DNA of 64,000 nucleotides, taken from assembly GCF_009914755.1 (NCBI RefSeq), contig NC_060926.1; one strand, written 5' to 3'. This document shows positions 16,113 to 27,878 of the stretch, piece after piece. The notes under the pieces are model-generated. The model saw only the letters and a program-made list of their open reading frames with translations, did no database searches and had not been told where the DNA came from. Numbering within the stretch: position 1 is the first letter of the stretch; each line of letters begins with the position of its first letter. The position numbers and the translations under genes were made by a program. This DNA is from the human T2T-CHM13v2.0 reference genome, Homo sapiens.

Positions 16113-16317
16113 AAGTGATCCTCAACCATGGGTGACTTTTGTCCCCTAGGGAACGTGTGGCCATAACTCAAGACAAGTTTGATTGTCATGACTGGATGGT
16201 GCCACCAGCATCTGGGGTAGGGACCAGGGTATGGCCGAATATTCTGCAGTGCACAGGGCGGCCCCGAGCACAAAGAAGCCCCCTGCAAATGTCACTGGTG
16301 CCAAGGCTGAGAACCTG
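16113..16317 (+). mobile_element. MER20 (hAT-Charlie)
   Basis: Colinear with the MER20 consensus as recalled (CTCAACC...TTTTGTCCCCTAGGGAAC...AAATGTCACTGGTGCCAAGGCTGAGAACC). Confidence 0.75.
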
Positions 16318-17251
16318 ACTTAAGACAGCTTGGCTTGAACAATGCCCCACCCAAGCCCCTGAACCCTAAACTATGGCCAGAAAGACCAGCTTCACGTTGC
16401 TGGTCTCTGAAGAAGTGATTGGGATGCAGCTTTCAGAAATGTTGGGAGCAGGCTGCCCTCCCACCCTTCTTTGTCTCAGCTTTGCCCTTCATGGCCACAG
16501 TCAGCAACGCAGGGTGAGGAGGAGGCTGGATCCTCAGCGGCCTGCCATGGGTGGAGGGCAAGTCTGGGGTGTGAGGTGTCCCTCCCTTGTCTGTGTTTGT
16601 TCCCATCTTGTCTTCCGGACGCTCCCGGGCAGGTCCTGGGAGTAGAAGGAAGAGGCCTTAGGCTGGGTGGCTCTGGGCACGCCCCCCTCACACCCGACTC
16701 TTCCTTCCTCTCTGCTTTTCTTGTTTTGTTCAGTAAATGCCTCCTGAGCCCCTACTACTTGCCAGTCATTTCTCAGGCCCAGAGGCTGCAGTGGTTCTGC
16801 CCCGTGTGGGACCAGTTCACCGTCTTTGATCACCTGCTGGGTCCAAGCACCTCAGAGGTTCCCCACCTCACTGGCCGCTGGGGATGGCCTTTCCCAGAGG
16901 AGGAAATAAGGGTGGAAGATGGTATCATTTCTTTATCTTCAAGTAACACTCTCGTCTATGGCTACGGGTAGCTGTAGGGTGACTTATTTGTGTAATTTTT
17001 CCCTTTCTTCTAAATACTCACCATTGCTCCCACTCTTGACAACCAGAGCTGCCCCTTGGCACGTAGCCACAAGTAGAGAGTCGCACCCCTGCCCTGGCTT
17101 CACGCTGAAACAAAGACCAGGATGTGGTGGCAGCTTGTGTGGCTGTCTCCATAGCTCACTGTCCTGTAGGACACGTTCCACTCCAGGAACTCATTTCGTA
17201 GTTGTTGGAGAAGAGCGAGTTGGTTTTCACGTGTGCACCTTGCCCCCTTAG

Positions 17252-17386
17252 AGTTTAGAAGCCGGCAGATCCCCGCCAGTACTTGTTCCAGTTCCCTCTT
17301 CCCAGCCCTGGAGAGCACGGCTGCCTTCCCCAGCGAGCCCGTTCCTGGGACGAACCCCAGCATCCTGATGGGAGCTCAGCAGGCAG
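17252..17386 (+). CDS. GREB1: GREB1 exon 6 (135 bp): EFRSRQIPAST...MGAQQA
   Basis: ttag|AGTTT, GCAG|gtgag. Confidence 0.95.
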
Positions 17387-18852
17387 GTGAGGTGGTGGAG
17401 ACACACCAGAGCTGCTAAATCCACAGAGCTGGCACTGTCTCCGATGTGTCCGGTTGACTATGCCGTCAAGCATTCTTCAAAATAAATCAGGGGGCTGTTA
17501 TCTTTTTCTATAACACCTTTACTTTCATCTTGAATTTGTAATACTTTTCAACAAAGAATGCTAGGTTTTTCATTGGGAGTTTCTTTCTTCCTGTTTGATA
17601 TGAAGTGGGATCCCCTGGTGGGGACATATGCAGGATCCCTCTGCAGCACCCCCCACCCCAACCCCCGCACAGCATAGAGCTCTCTACGTAAAGATGCTGA
17701 GTCAGGGTTTGAATGAATTGCTAGAAGGGGTGGAAAAGACCAGATTGCTGCCATTCACCCCGTGCTCAGCACTCCCCAGCTCCATGAATGCCTTGAAGTC
17801 CAACAACCACGCTGTGAGCAGGCGTCAGTTTCCACATTTTACTGATTGGGAAGGTGAGGCTCATTGAGGCTGGGTGCTTGCCTAGGACCTCGTGGGCCGG
17901 AGGAGGTGGAGGCAAGAGGTGACATTAGATGTGAACCCTGACGTACATGCTTGGCACTTCACCATGTTGCACAGACTTCCTAAGCATGGCGATTGTTATC
18001 ACGGTGGACACCAGCCTTCCCGAGGACGCAGGAAGGTCGCTGGTTGTTTTCATGCCTCCTGCCCAGAGGGTCTGTAGAGGCACATTGGCCCTGGGAGGGA
18101 GCCAGTGCCCTTGTACCCACCTGGCCCATCCATCGCCTGGGCAGGGGACTGGGATGTACTCTCCTCCAGAGGCCCAGAGCTCCTCACTGCTTCCCCATGC
18201 CCAGGCCCCCAGTGCCTCTGCCATCATGGCCTGGAGAGCCTGCTGTTTTTGCTGTCAGGGTGCCTGGGTGTAAGCTCCAGTGCTGCTACCTTTTAGCTGA
18301 GTGATTTGGGGCAACTCAAAACCTCTGAACCTCCATTTCCTCATCTGTAAAGTTGGGCAAATCTCTTCTGTCTAATTTGTAGGGCAATTGTAAGAATTAA
18401 ATAAGGCGATAGTATGAGCAAGTACTCCAAGCGTGTTACACACCAGGCACTGTTCCAGGCACTTTCTTCTGCTAACTCATGTCATTCTCACAGTGGCTCT
18501 GAGTTGCTACAGTGACCACCCCCATTTTCTAGATGAGAACACTGAGGCATAGGGAGGTTAAGTAAGTGTCCAGGGTTACACAGCTGGGAGGTGGTGGAAC
18601 TGGCTCAAACACATGTCATCTGGCTTCAGAGCCAGCCTCTTAAACCCACAGGAAACATTCAGTGCTACTCCTGACCCGAGCTCTTTCCAGACCATTCTGG
18701 CTGACATGAGCAACTTAAGCAGTTCCGTCAGCCCCAGGAGACCAGAAGCCATGATTGTCCCCAGAATTACCCTTAGACCTGGGGAGTCCTGGGCCCTATG
18801 AACAGCCTGCGCCCAGGTAGCTGCAAACCCGACTGCTCTCCTGGACTCCAGA

Positions 18853-19213
18853 TGTATTAGTCCATTTTCATACTGCTATGAAGACATTCCCAAGACTGAG
18901 TAATTTATAAAGAAAGTGGTTTAATGGACTCACAGTTCTACATGGCTGTGGAGGCCTCACAATCATGGCAAAAGGCAAAGGAGAAGCAAAGGCACGTCTT
19001 ACATGATGGCAGTCAAGAGAGCATGTGCAGGGGAACTGCCCTTTATAAAACCATCAGGTCTCGTGAGACTTCTTCACTATCACGAGAACAGTATGGGGGA
19101 AACCACCCCCATGATTCAATTACCTCCCGCCAGGTCCCTCCCACGACACAGGGGGATTATGGGAGCTGCAATTCAAAGTGGAATTTGGGCGGGGACACAG
19201 CCAAACCGTATCA
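18853..19213 (-). mobile_element. THE1 (MaLR) solo LTR
   Basis: TGTATTAGTCCATTTTCA...CCGTATCA termini; CCAGA on both flanks with a 1-nt offset. Confidence 0.88.
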
Positions 19214-19658
19214 ACCAGAGGTCTTGAGAGAGAAGGTAGAAGGAAGCAGAACAGTTTCAGGTGTGGTCCTGGAATTCAGGAAGTCCCCCGGTCCTTCTTT
19301 AACTCAGGCTGTGTGTCCAATGGGGTGTGAGCAGGAGGGTGCATGTTCCTGGGAGTGCATGTATATAGGCATGTGTTTGTGCATGTGTATGTGTGTACAT
19401 GTTTGTGCATGTGTATCCTTGTGTGTAGGCAGAAGTGTGTATGTGTGTACACGTGCATGGGGGTGTGTGTGTGTATGCATGTGTCTGCATGTATCTTCTC
19501 AGTGTAGCAGAATCACTGTTGGGCATTCTGACCTCCTGATGAGACTTGCTGGGGAAAAGCTAGTTTGTGAAACTGCAAGGAAAATGATTTCCTCCTTGCC
19601 TGGCTCCCAGGGCATTCTTGTGAACTGACCCTCCTCTTTGCCTTCTATCTGTTTTCAG

Positions 19659-19787
19659 GACCAGCTTCTGATCACCCCTCACTAAACGCAGCAATGGGTC
19701 CGGCTGTTTTCAACGGCAAAGATTCCCCGAAGTGCCAACAACTGGCAAAGAATAACCTGTTGGCCCTGCCGCGACCATCGGCTTTAG
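19659..19787 (+). CDS. GREB1: GREB1 exon 7 (129 bp): GPASDHPSLNAA...PRPSAL
   Basis: tcag|GACCA, TTAG|gtagc. Confidence 0.95.
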
Positions 19788-21820
19788 GTAGCTCTGCCTG
19801 TCCTGGCCGTCCTGGGGATCCTGCTCTTCTTTGGGCCAAGGCCAGAGGGGGCATGGGAGCTGCTGGGCTGGGGCCGCTGAGCCTCCTGGAGTCTGATGTG
19901 GCTTCCATGAGAGTCAGGCCAGGACCACAGGTGCCTCCTGAGTCCGTGGGTCTGGGCCCAGGCCCTGGTGCTCTATGAGTGACACTTGGGAGTTACCGTA
20001 TGTGCCAAGGAGCAGTGAGACACCTGTGGTAATGGCGAGTGACCTGTCCTATGGGCTGCACAGCTGGAGGATGGTAGAATTTTGGAGCAATAGTGGGCAG
20101 TGTGTTGTTGGGGAAGAACATGGGCTTCTGAATCAGAAAAATATGAATTCAAAACCTACCGCTGTCTCTTGTTAGTCAGGGGACCTTGGCCAAGTCTCAA
20201 TAAATGTTTCTTCATCTGGAGATGAGAATTCTGCTCCAAGGGTTGTTAAGAGGGATGAGGTGCTGTATGAAAGGTCAGAGCACATCTGGCAGCTCACTAA
20301 TCGGTACCGGCTGTTCTCATCCAAATCAGCCTCATTGCTGAGGCTCGTCTGCTCAGGGAAGGCTTCCTGGAGGAGGTGATAACTGAGCTGCAACTTAGAA
20401 GCTGGGGAAGCATCATGTAGAGATGGAAAGGGACAAAGGGAGCAAAGAGGGAATGAGGAGGTGAGGATATGGATGAGAGGGGTGAGTGAAGGGGCTGAGC
20501 AGACCTCCTGCCAGAGGAGGGTTTGAGGGAGCTGTGAACGGGCGGAGCAACCTGGGGACCTGCTCGTGGACTCCCAGTCCAGTGCTCTCCCCACCATGCT
20601 CATCTGGAGCCACATCATAAGCCATTCTCGTCTTTCTTTCCTCCATCATGCACTCAGCTAAATTGGATTTGAAGATCTAAGACATCAAACTGGAGGAGCC
20701 CTTAGAAACCATCTAGGCCAGCGCTGTTTTACAGAGGAGGAGACAGAGGTCCAGAGAGGCAAGGCAGGTCTCCATGCTCCCACTCCACTGTGCTGGTGGA
20801 GGATCTCCCTGGTGAAAATCTTGTGAATTGTCTAACTCTTCACTGAAGGGGCAAAGGTAGTTTCTGAACAGAATCCGAGGCCTCCCAACCAGCACCTCCA
20901 TCCTGGAGTCCGAAACCCACAGCAGCCAAGACCCAGGCAGTAGCTGAGTCCCGTCCTCCGCAGCAGCCTAGCCCCAGGCAGCCTCTGCTTTCATCCAGGG
21001 ACTGCTGCTTCTCTGCCGGTGCTGCATTTGGGGGCAACCCTGTGGCTGCAGAGCTGGACCTCTGGGGATGAGGATGCTGGGGATGCCACGCTGCTGCGGC
21101 CTCCCTTCTGGGCTGTCTGTGGACCCCCAGCCTCCACCCTGAACAGCAGGGAGATGAGGGCCTCCTTCAGCCCGGGAACCTGGGAAGGTGGCCTTGGGAA
21201 GCCTTCTGTGTGGGACTGACTGTATTTTCCTTGCCATGCTCCGTGGAGGGGTGTGGGAGATGGAGCTCCTCCAAATTGCCTAGGGGAACACGAGCCGTTC
21301 CAGAATCTGGCTCCAGCCCACCTGCCGAACCTCATTCCCTGCTATTTTGGCTACCCTGGGCAGTTGAGCTCCCCCACCCCCATGGCCCCATCCTCCTGTC
21401 TCCATGCTCTGTGCCTGCGTCCCGGCTCTGGGCTGCTCTCTCCACCCGCCTATTAAATCGCCTTTCTGAGGTTAGTTCAGGGGGCACCTGCTCTGTGCAG
21501 GAGGGCCCCCTGTGAGCTCACGGGGCTCCCAGCCGTCCCAGGCTCAGTCCCGCAGCCACATGTGGCCATCGGGGCCTCGGCGCTGTGCAGTTCCCGAGGG
21601 CAGCGCCTTGGTCATGTGCATCTTGGAGCCGCTGGTACCAGCTGCTGGGGAGCTCCGCCAGAGGGCATGACGCTGGCTGGGTTGAGTTGCGTTGAGCACA
21701 GCTGAAGTGTCGGAGTTCCTGGGCCTTCTCCTCTGCTCTGGGGAGAGAGCTCAAAATCAATTTTTAAGAAACTGCGTCTAATACCACATGGAGTTTACTG
21801 AAGCCTAGAGTCCTGTCACT

Positions 21821-22030
21821 CACTGGTTCGCAATGGAGAAGTGCTGCCCCCTGGGGGCGGGGGTAGGAAATGTTCTGGTAAAGGATGGATTTGTTGTCCC
21901 AGGCCCAGGGTCTTACTGGCATTTGGTGCTGGGACAGAGCGGGCAGGATGCACAATGTCCCGCACCAAACAGGCTACATAATGAGTCATCTCCAAAAAAT
22001 GCCAAATAGTACCTCCCCAAGAGACATTTT
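21821..22030 (+). mobile_element. Diverged MER20-like DNA transposon
   Basis: CACTGGTTCGCAA start, TTGTTGTCCC, TACTGGCATTTG and AAATGCCAAATAGT blocks. Confidence 0.45.
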
Positions 22031-22530
22031 GAGAAATAGTTGATCCACATTGGTACCATGGGAGCAGTTCCTGGTGACATCATTTGGGAAGAGCTCACGG
22101 GCTTAGGGTCTATTTAGAACTATTTATAGGGTTATCTTCCCAAAGTGAGAAAACATCTGCGTCTCTTCAATCCTTACTGAGATCCAATTCCAAGCCCTGT
22201 CCCCTTTGGTCGTTCAGTAGAGCTTTTAGAGGAGCTGGCTGCTTAGCCTCTGTGGGGGGTCTCCCATCGCAATTGGGGACAGATGTTTGCAGAGTCTAAG
22301 GCCTCATCCCTGCAAACAGGAAGGAGGAAAGCAGCAGCTGCGTCAGTGGTTGTTGGGAGGGCCAAAGGAGCCCACGGCTTTGAAAGCTCTTTGTAAACAA
22401 AGTACTTTATGCTTTTAACTTTTTGTTTACTTTCAGTCAGTCAAATGAAGTGATAATTTTTTTTTTGTTTACTCTTGAGAGACTCTAAAGCAATGATTCT
22501 CACCCTGCAGCGTGCTTAAAAATTACCAGG

Positions 22531-22956
<426 letters not shown>

Positions 22957-23727
22957 TCACACCTGGAGAACCGTTGCTCTGATTGGTATTTCTCCACCCG
23001 GGCTGTGCGTTAGAATCAAGAAGAAGCGTTGAGATATTGGGATGCCTGGGTCCTGCTCCCATGCTGGGCTTCTGGTTTACTTGGGATGAGATTGCATCCA
23101 GACAGAGTTTTAAAAGTTTCCCGGTTGAGTTTAATGTACAGTTGAAGTTGAGACATGAATCTCTGCATGTAGGGGAAATTTTGTGTCTGGTTAGTCAAGA
23201 AACTATGGAAACCAATTCTTGATATTTTGAACCATTCACGAAGATAGTTTGAGTCATGAGCATGCTGTTGTCTAGAGTGGGCGGGGATGACTCATTGGAG
23301 TGGATGCGCTGCTCTGTACTTGATTTTTTTGAGTCTGAAATTAGCTTTCCAGGCTGGGGCAGGGAGGGGAGCACAGGTGGATCAGTACTGCCCCCAAGCG
23401 GTGGAGCTGTGGTGGTGGATCAAATACTGCTGCCGCCTGTCTGCACAAACATATTTCTCTCTTCCAGCCCTTCAGAAGTGTATTGGAATATGTCGATAAC
23501 AATAATGATGGTAGTGAAGATGATGATGATGTGGGTAATTCTGGCTACCTTATTGGGTCCAAGCTCCCCACAATTCGTTGCACAAAGCACTCTACATACA
23601 TTCTCTTTAGTCCTGATCAAACCACCTTTCAGAGTAGGATTTAGTGTCCTATTTTAAAGATGAAGGAGCTCGGGCTCAGAGAGAGATCGTTTAGACACAC
23701 ACACAACTTTGGAATGAAACATTTACA

Positions 23728-23927
23728 GCCGGGCGCGGTGGCGCGTGCCTGTAGTCCCAGCTACTTGGGAGGCTGAGGCTGGAGGATCGCTTGAGTCCAG
23801 GAGTTCTGGGCTGTAGTGCGCTATGCCGATCGGGTGTCCGCACTAAGTTTGGCATCAATATGGTGACCTCCCGGGAGTGGAGGACCACCAGGTTGCCTAA
23901 GGAGGGGTGAACCGGTCCAGGTCGGAA
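23728..23927 (+). pseudogene. 7SL (SRP RNA) 3'-truncated retropseudogene
   Basis: Alu domain plus S-domain (GGGCTGTAGTGCGCTATGCCGATCGGGTGTCCGCACTAAG...); 17-bp TSD GGAATGAAACATTTACA at 23711-23727 and 23924-23940. Confidence 0.95.
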
Positions 23928-24115
23928 TGAAACATTTACAAAAATTGACATTTCCTTATGCATAGATATTTCACTAGGTCCTTAAAACCCACGTGAATCT
24001 GTGATTAGAAAAAAAAAAACAAAACAAAACAGATCATTGTTCTCCAAACCAAGGGTAAATTTTATTGGAGCCCTGTCCTGGTGATAGCCTAATCCACACT
24101 CTGAATATTGTCTAG

Positions 24116-24229
24116 GTATCTTGTCAAACTCCGGGCCCCCCAAAAAACGCCACAAAGGGTGGTCTCCAGAATCTCCATCAGCTCCAGATGGTGGCTGCCC
24201 CCAAGGTGGTGGGAACAGAGCTAAGTATG
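24116..24229 (+). CDS. GREB1: GREB1 exon 8 (114 bp): GILSNSGPPKKRHKGWSP...NRAKY; contains a basic NLS-like PPKKRHK (24136-24156)
   Basis: ctag|GTATC, TATG|gtaagt. Confidence 0.95.
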
Positions 24230-24716
24230 GTAAGTGATGGCAGCCTTGCCCAGAATTCCAGACTTGGGTACTGGTGGTAGTGCTGCTGCCAGTTGTGTGT
24301 ATGTGTGCGTGTGTGCGTGCGCACGAGTGTGAATGTGCGTGTGTACTGATGAGGGAGTTCTAAGGAGGCAGAGTTTGGTGTGACAAAAGACCTCTTTCTC
24401 ACATGTTAAAATTGCTTTGCAAGGTCTAGGATCCGTGTATGATAGTGAGTTCTCTGATCCTTGAGAAATTTTAAAAGGGGCTATTTATGACTTGGCAGGG
24501 ATATCGAAGAGGAGACTGAACTACTGGGGGAAGGATGGGCGGAATGAACTTAAAGGTGCCGTTGACCTTAGGAATCTGTGACTCTAAGAGTTTGGTGCTC
24601 CTGTAATCAGGGACGTTGGTCAGAGGGTAGCAGATTTGCTGGCTGGCCTGATGTCAGGTATGTGAGAGGTGGATGCCTTGTCTGATGTTTTCACTAATAT
24701 TCTTGGGTGTTCCTAG

Positions 24717-24860
24717 AGAGCGCAGGCATGTCCTGCGTGCCGCAGGTTGGCTTGGTGGGACCAGCTTCAGTCACCTTTCCAGTGGTGGCCTCTGGAGAAC
24801 CAGTGTCTGTTCCTGACAACTTGCTGAAAATATGCAAGGCCAAGCCAGTGATATTTAAAG
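24717..24860 (+). CDS. GREB1: GREB1 exon 9 (144 bp): ESAGMSCVPQVG...KPVIFK; ends at a GC donor
   Basis: ctag|AGAGC, AAAG|gcaagt. Confidence 0.94.
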
Positions 24861-26336
24861 GCAAGTACAGCAGTGCACCGAGTCGTGGGGATGGGAGAAC
24901 CTAAAGGAAGGCATGAGAAACAGGCAAAAGCGAGACCTCATCCCGGTCTGACTCCAAGGGTATCCTCCTGAGACAAACCTAAAATGCTTTCCAGGGCAAG
25001 GAAAGAACAAGGCAGAGCCAGTCACTAGCTCAGCCCCTGATCAGATGCCAAGAATGATGGAGCTTGTCACAACTTTCCACAGTGGGTCCAGGTGAAATGA
25101 TTCCCTGCCATGAAGTCTATTTGCCTGTTCACTCATTCTTTCCTTCGTTTGCTCAGCTTCATTGAGCTTCTGCCGTGGTCCCAGACCCGGTGCTGAGTGC
25201 CGAAGATTAGGAAAAAACAAATCACTCCCTGGCTGCAGGAGCTCCGCTCTGGTGGGTTGTCTCCTGTTATCACCCACGCCACTAGTATTTTTTGACTATG
25301 AAATCTACTTTGGTTGGGCAAAGATAGCCGTGGTCACCACTGTAGAAGCATCAAACAAAATTAGATTTGATCTGTTTTGTGCAGTGGGCTAACGTACGCT
25401 ACGTGGGGGTAGACTTTTGGCTCAGCTGAAGAAATCTCTTTGATGAAGCTGGGGATGTTGCAATGGGAAACCCTGGGGGGATTCAGCAGGGCTTGGCTGG
25501 TGATATGTAGGCACCAGAATGGCTGGCACATGGCAACACACACATACATACACGCGTGGGCACGGCACACACACACCGTGCACGCAGGCCCCTCTTAAAT
25601 ACGTTATTATTGCATTTGGTATCATGCTTGTAGATAGAGTAGAGAGGATTGTAGGAAAGTGAGAGAAGCACCCTACTGTTAATTAAGAAATAAGAAAGAG
25701 CATGTCTTTTTCCTAAAACACAAAAACTGGACGGGGTATTCAGGAAGTAGAGTGCAACTCTGAGTTTCGACCTTAGCATGACGCAGGACCAATGACCGAG
25801 GCAGTTCCACTGGGCCCCACTGTCTACCTCAAATGAAGACCAACATTCTTTCAGTCATGTTGTGTGTGTTTTTTTACGTGGCCATGGCGTGTCTGTGGTA
25901 GGCCCGAAGACCACGGTGCTCAGGAAACAGAGCTAGGACAGGGTGCAGGGCTTGGAGGTGCAGGCAGGGCGTCACCTGCTTCTGCTTTGAGCCAGGAACC
26001 TCGGAAAAGAAAGCCCAGCAAGTCTACGTCTCACACGAGCAATCTCAGAATAGAGACTGTCCTCTCGGTTCTCAGGCGTGCTCTGCTCCCTCCGCTGCCT
26101 CTCTGTTTACACTGCACCCCTCGCTGTAAAGCCCTCGTCTCCCGGACTCCTGCTCCCCACAGCCATATGTCCAAGCCCTCCTGAGGCCTTAAGACTCAGC
26201 TCTGTGCCTTCTCCATGAAGTTGTCTTAGATTCCCTTTCCTCTGCCCCCCTTGTCACTTCTCTGTCCCTCTTTTATGACAAATGTCACATACTTGCCTTT
26301 ATAGCAACTCTTTACCTTGCCTCTTGCCCACTGCAG

Positions 26337-26407
26337 TATTTGTAAATGGTGCTACCCAAATGGTAGCCCTTGGTCCGGCAGAACCTGCATCGCCCCGGAG
26401 CTTATGA
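26337..26407 (+). CDS. GREB1: Alternative terminal exon (coding part) of isoform GREB1c: VFVNGATQMVALGPAEPASPRSL*
   Basis: Pyrimidine tract plus ctgcag|TATTT; phase 1 with exon 9; 386+23 = 409 aa, the recalled GREB1c length. Confidence 0.88.
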
Positions 26408-26516
26408 GAGGCGTGAATTCATGGACCCATCCTGGAATCAGAATCAGGCCCCACTTCTGCATCAGAAGCCCTGGGTGGCACCAGCAAGTGTTTGGCAAGC
26501 CCTTGAGAAGCAGTGT
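26345..26516 (+). mobile_element. MER5A-like DNA transposon overlapping the GREB1c exon
   Basis: Blocks GGCAGAACCTGCATCGCCCCGGAGCTTATGAGA, CTGCATCAGAAGCCCTGGG, CAAGCCCT and TTGAGAAGCAGTG resemble the recalled MER5A consensus. Confidence 0.6.
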
Positions 26517-26646
26517 CTTTGAGAACGTGACCTGTGCCCCAGGCACCAGCTTTACTCCCCGAGCCCAGCAGGACATCTGCATATAACACACAGCCGAAGT
26601 CAGAAAATATATTTTTGGTGACTAAATGGAGTACCTGGAGTACAAG

Positions 26647-26650
<4 letters not shown>

Positions 26651-26688
<38 letters not shown>
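26651..26688. repeat. (CA)19 microsatellite
   Basis: Read directly. Confidence 0.95.
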
Positions 26689-26691
<3 letters not shown>

Positions 26692-26889
26692 CACCTTTGG
26701 GAGCTCAGCAGCCCCGAGAGGATTTGATAGCTTCACCGCTTCACCTGGTTTTACAAATGCGGAGACTGAGGTTTAGGGCAGTTAAGCTTCTTGCTTAGCA
26801 TCATGTAGGTAAAGAATGGTGGAAAGATATTTGAACCCGACCTGGGCAATTCCACCTCTGAGGGCTGTCCTCAGAATGAATCTTCTGAT

Positions 26890-27426
<537 letters not shown>

Positions 27427-27692
27427 TCACTTGTAAAAAATAAGAGGATTGGACGAAATGAACCAGCAAGTGGCACAGCCCCATTGGTTAGAAAAGGTGA
27501 CTCCTCTCATCCTAGGCTCCAGGAGGGTGAGCAGGTGCACTCAATGAGCAAGGCTTCCCAGGACAGGGCACTCGAGGGACCTGGCGCAGCTCACCTATCT
27601 CCTTCAGTGCCCTCACCCCCAGAGAACCCACATGTATGGGACCGTAAGCTGTGCACAAGACTGGGTGCCAAGTCGCTGCTGTTCCTCTGCAG

Positions 27693-27878
27693 GCCATGGG
27701 AACTTCCCTTACCTCTGTGGGAACCTGAATGACGTCGTGGTCAGCCCCCTCTTGTACACGTGCTACCAGAATTCCCAGTCTGTCTCACGGGCATACGAGC
27801 AGTACGGCGCCTCTGCCATCCAGCCCATCTCCGAGGAGATGCAGCTCCTGCTTACCGTCTACTACCTGGTCCAGCTGG
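27693..27878 (+). CDS. GREB1: GREB1 exon 10 (186 bp): GHGNFPYLCGNLND...VYYLVQL
   Basis: gcag|GCCAT, CTGG|gtgagt. Confidence 0.96.

Noticed and set aside
18924-19628. 234-aa ORF
   Set aside because: Runs through a THE1 LTR and a degenerate (TG)n tract
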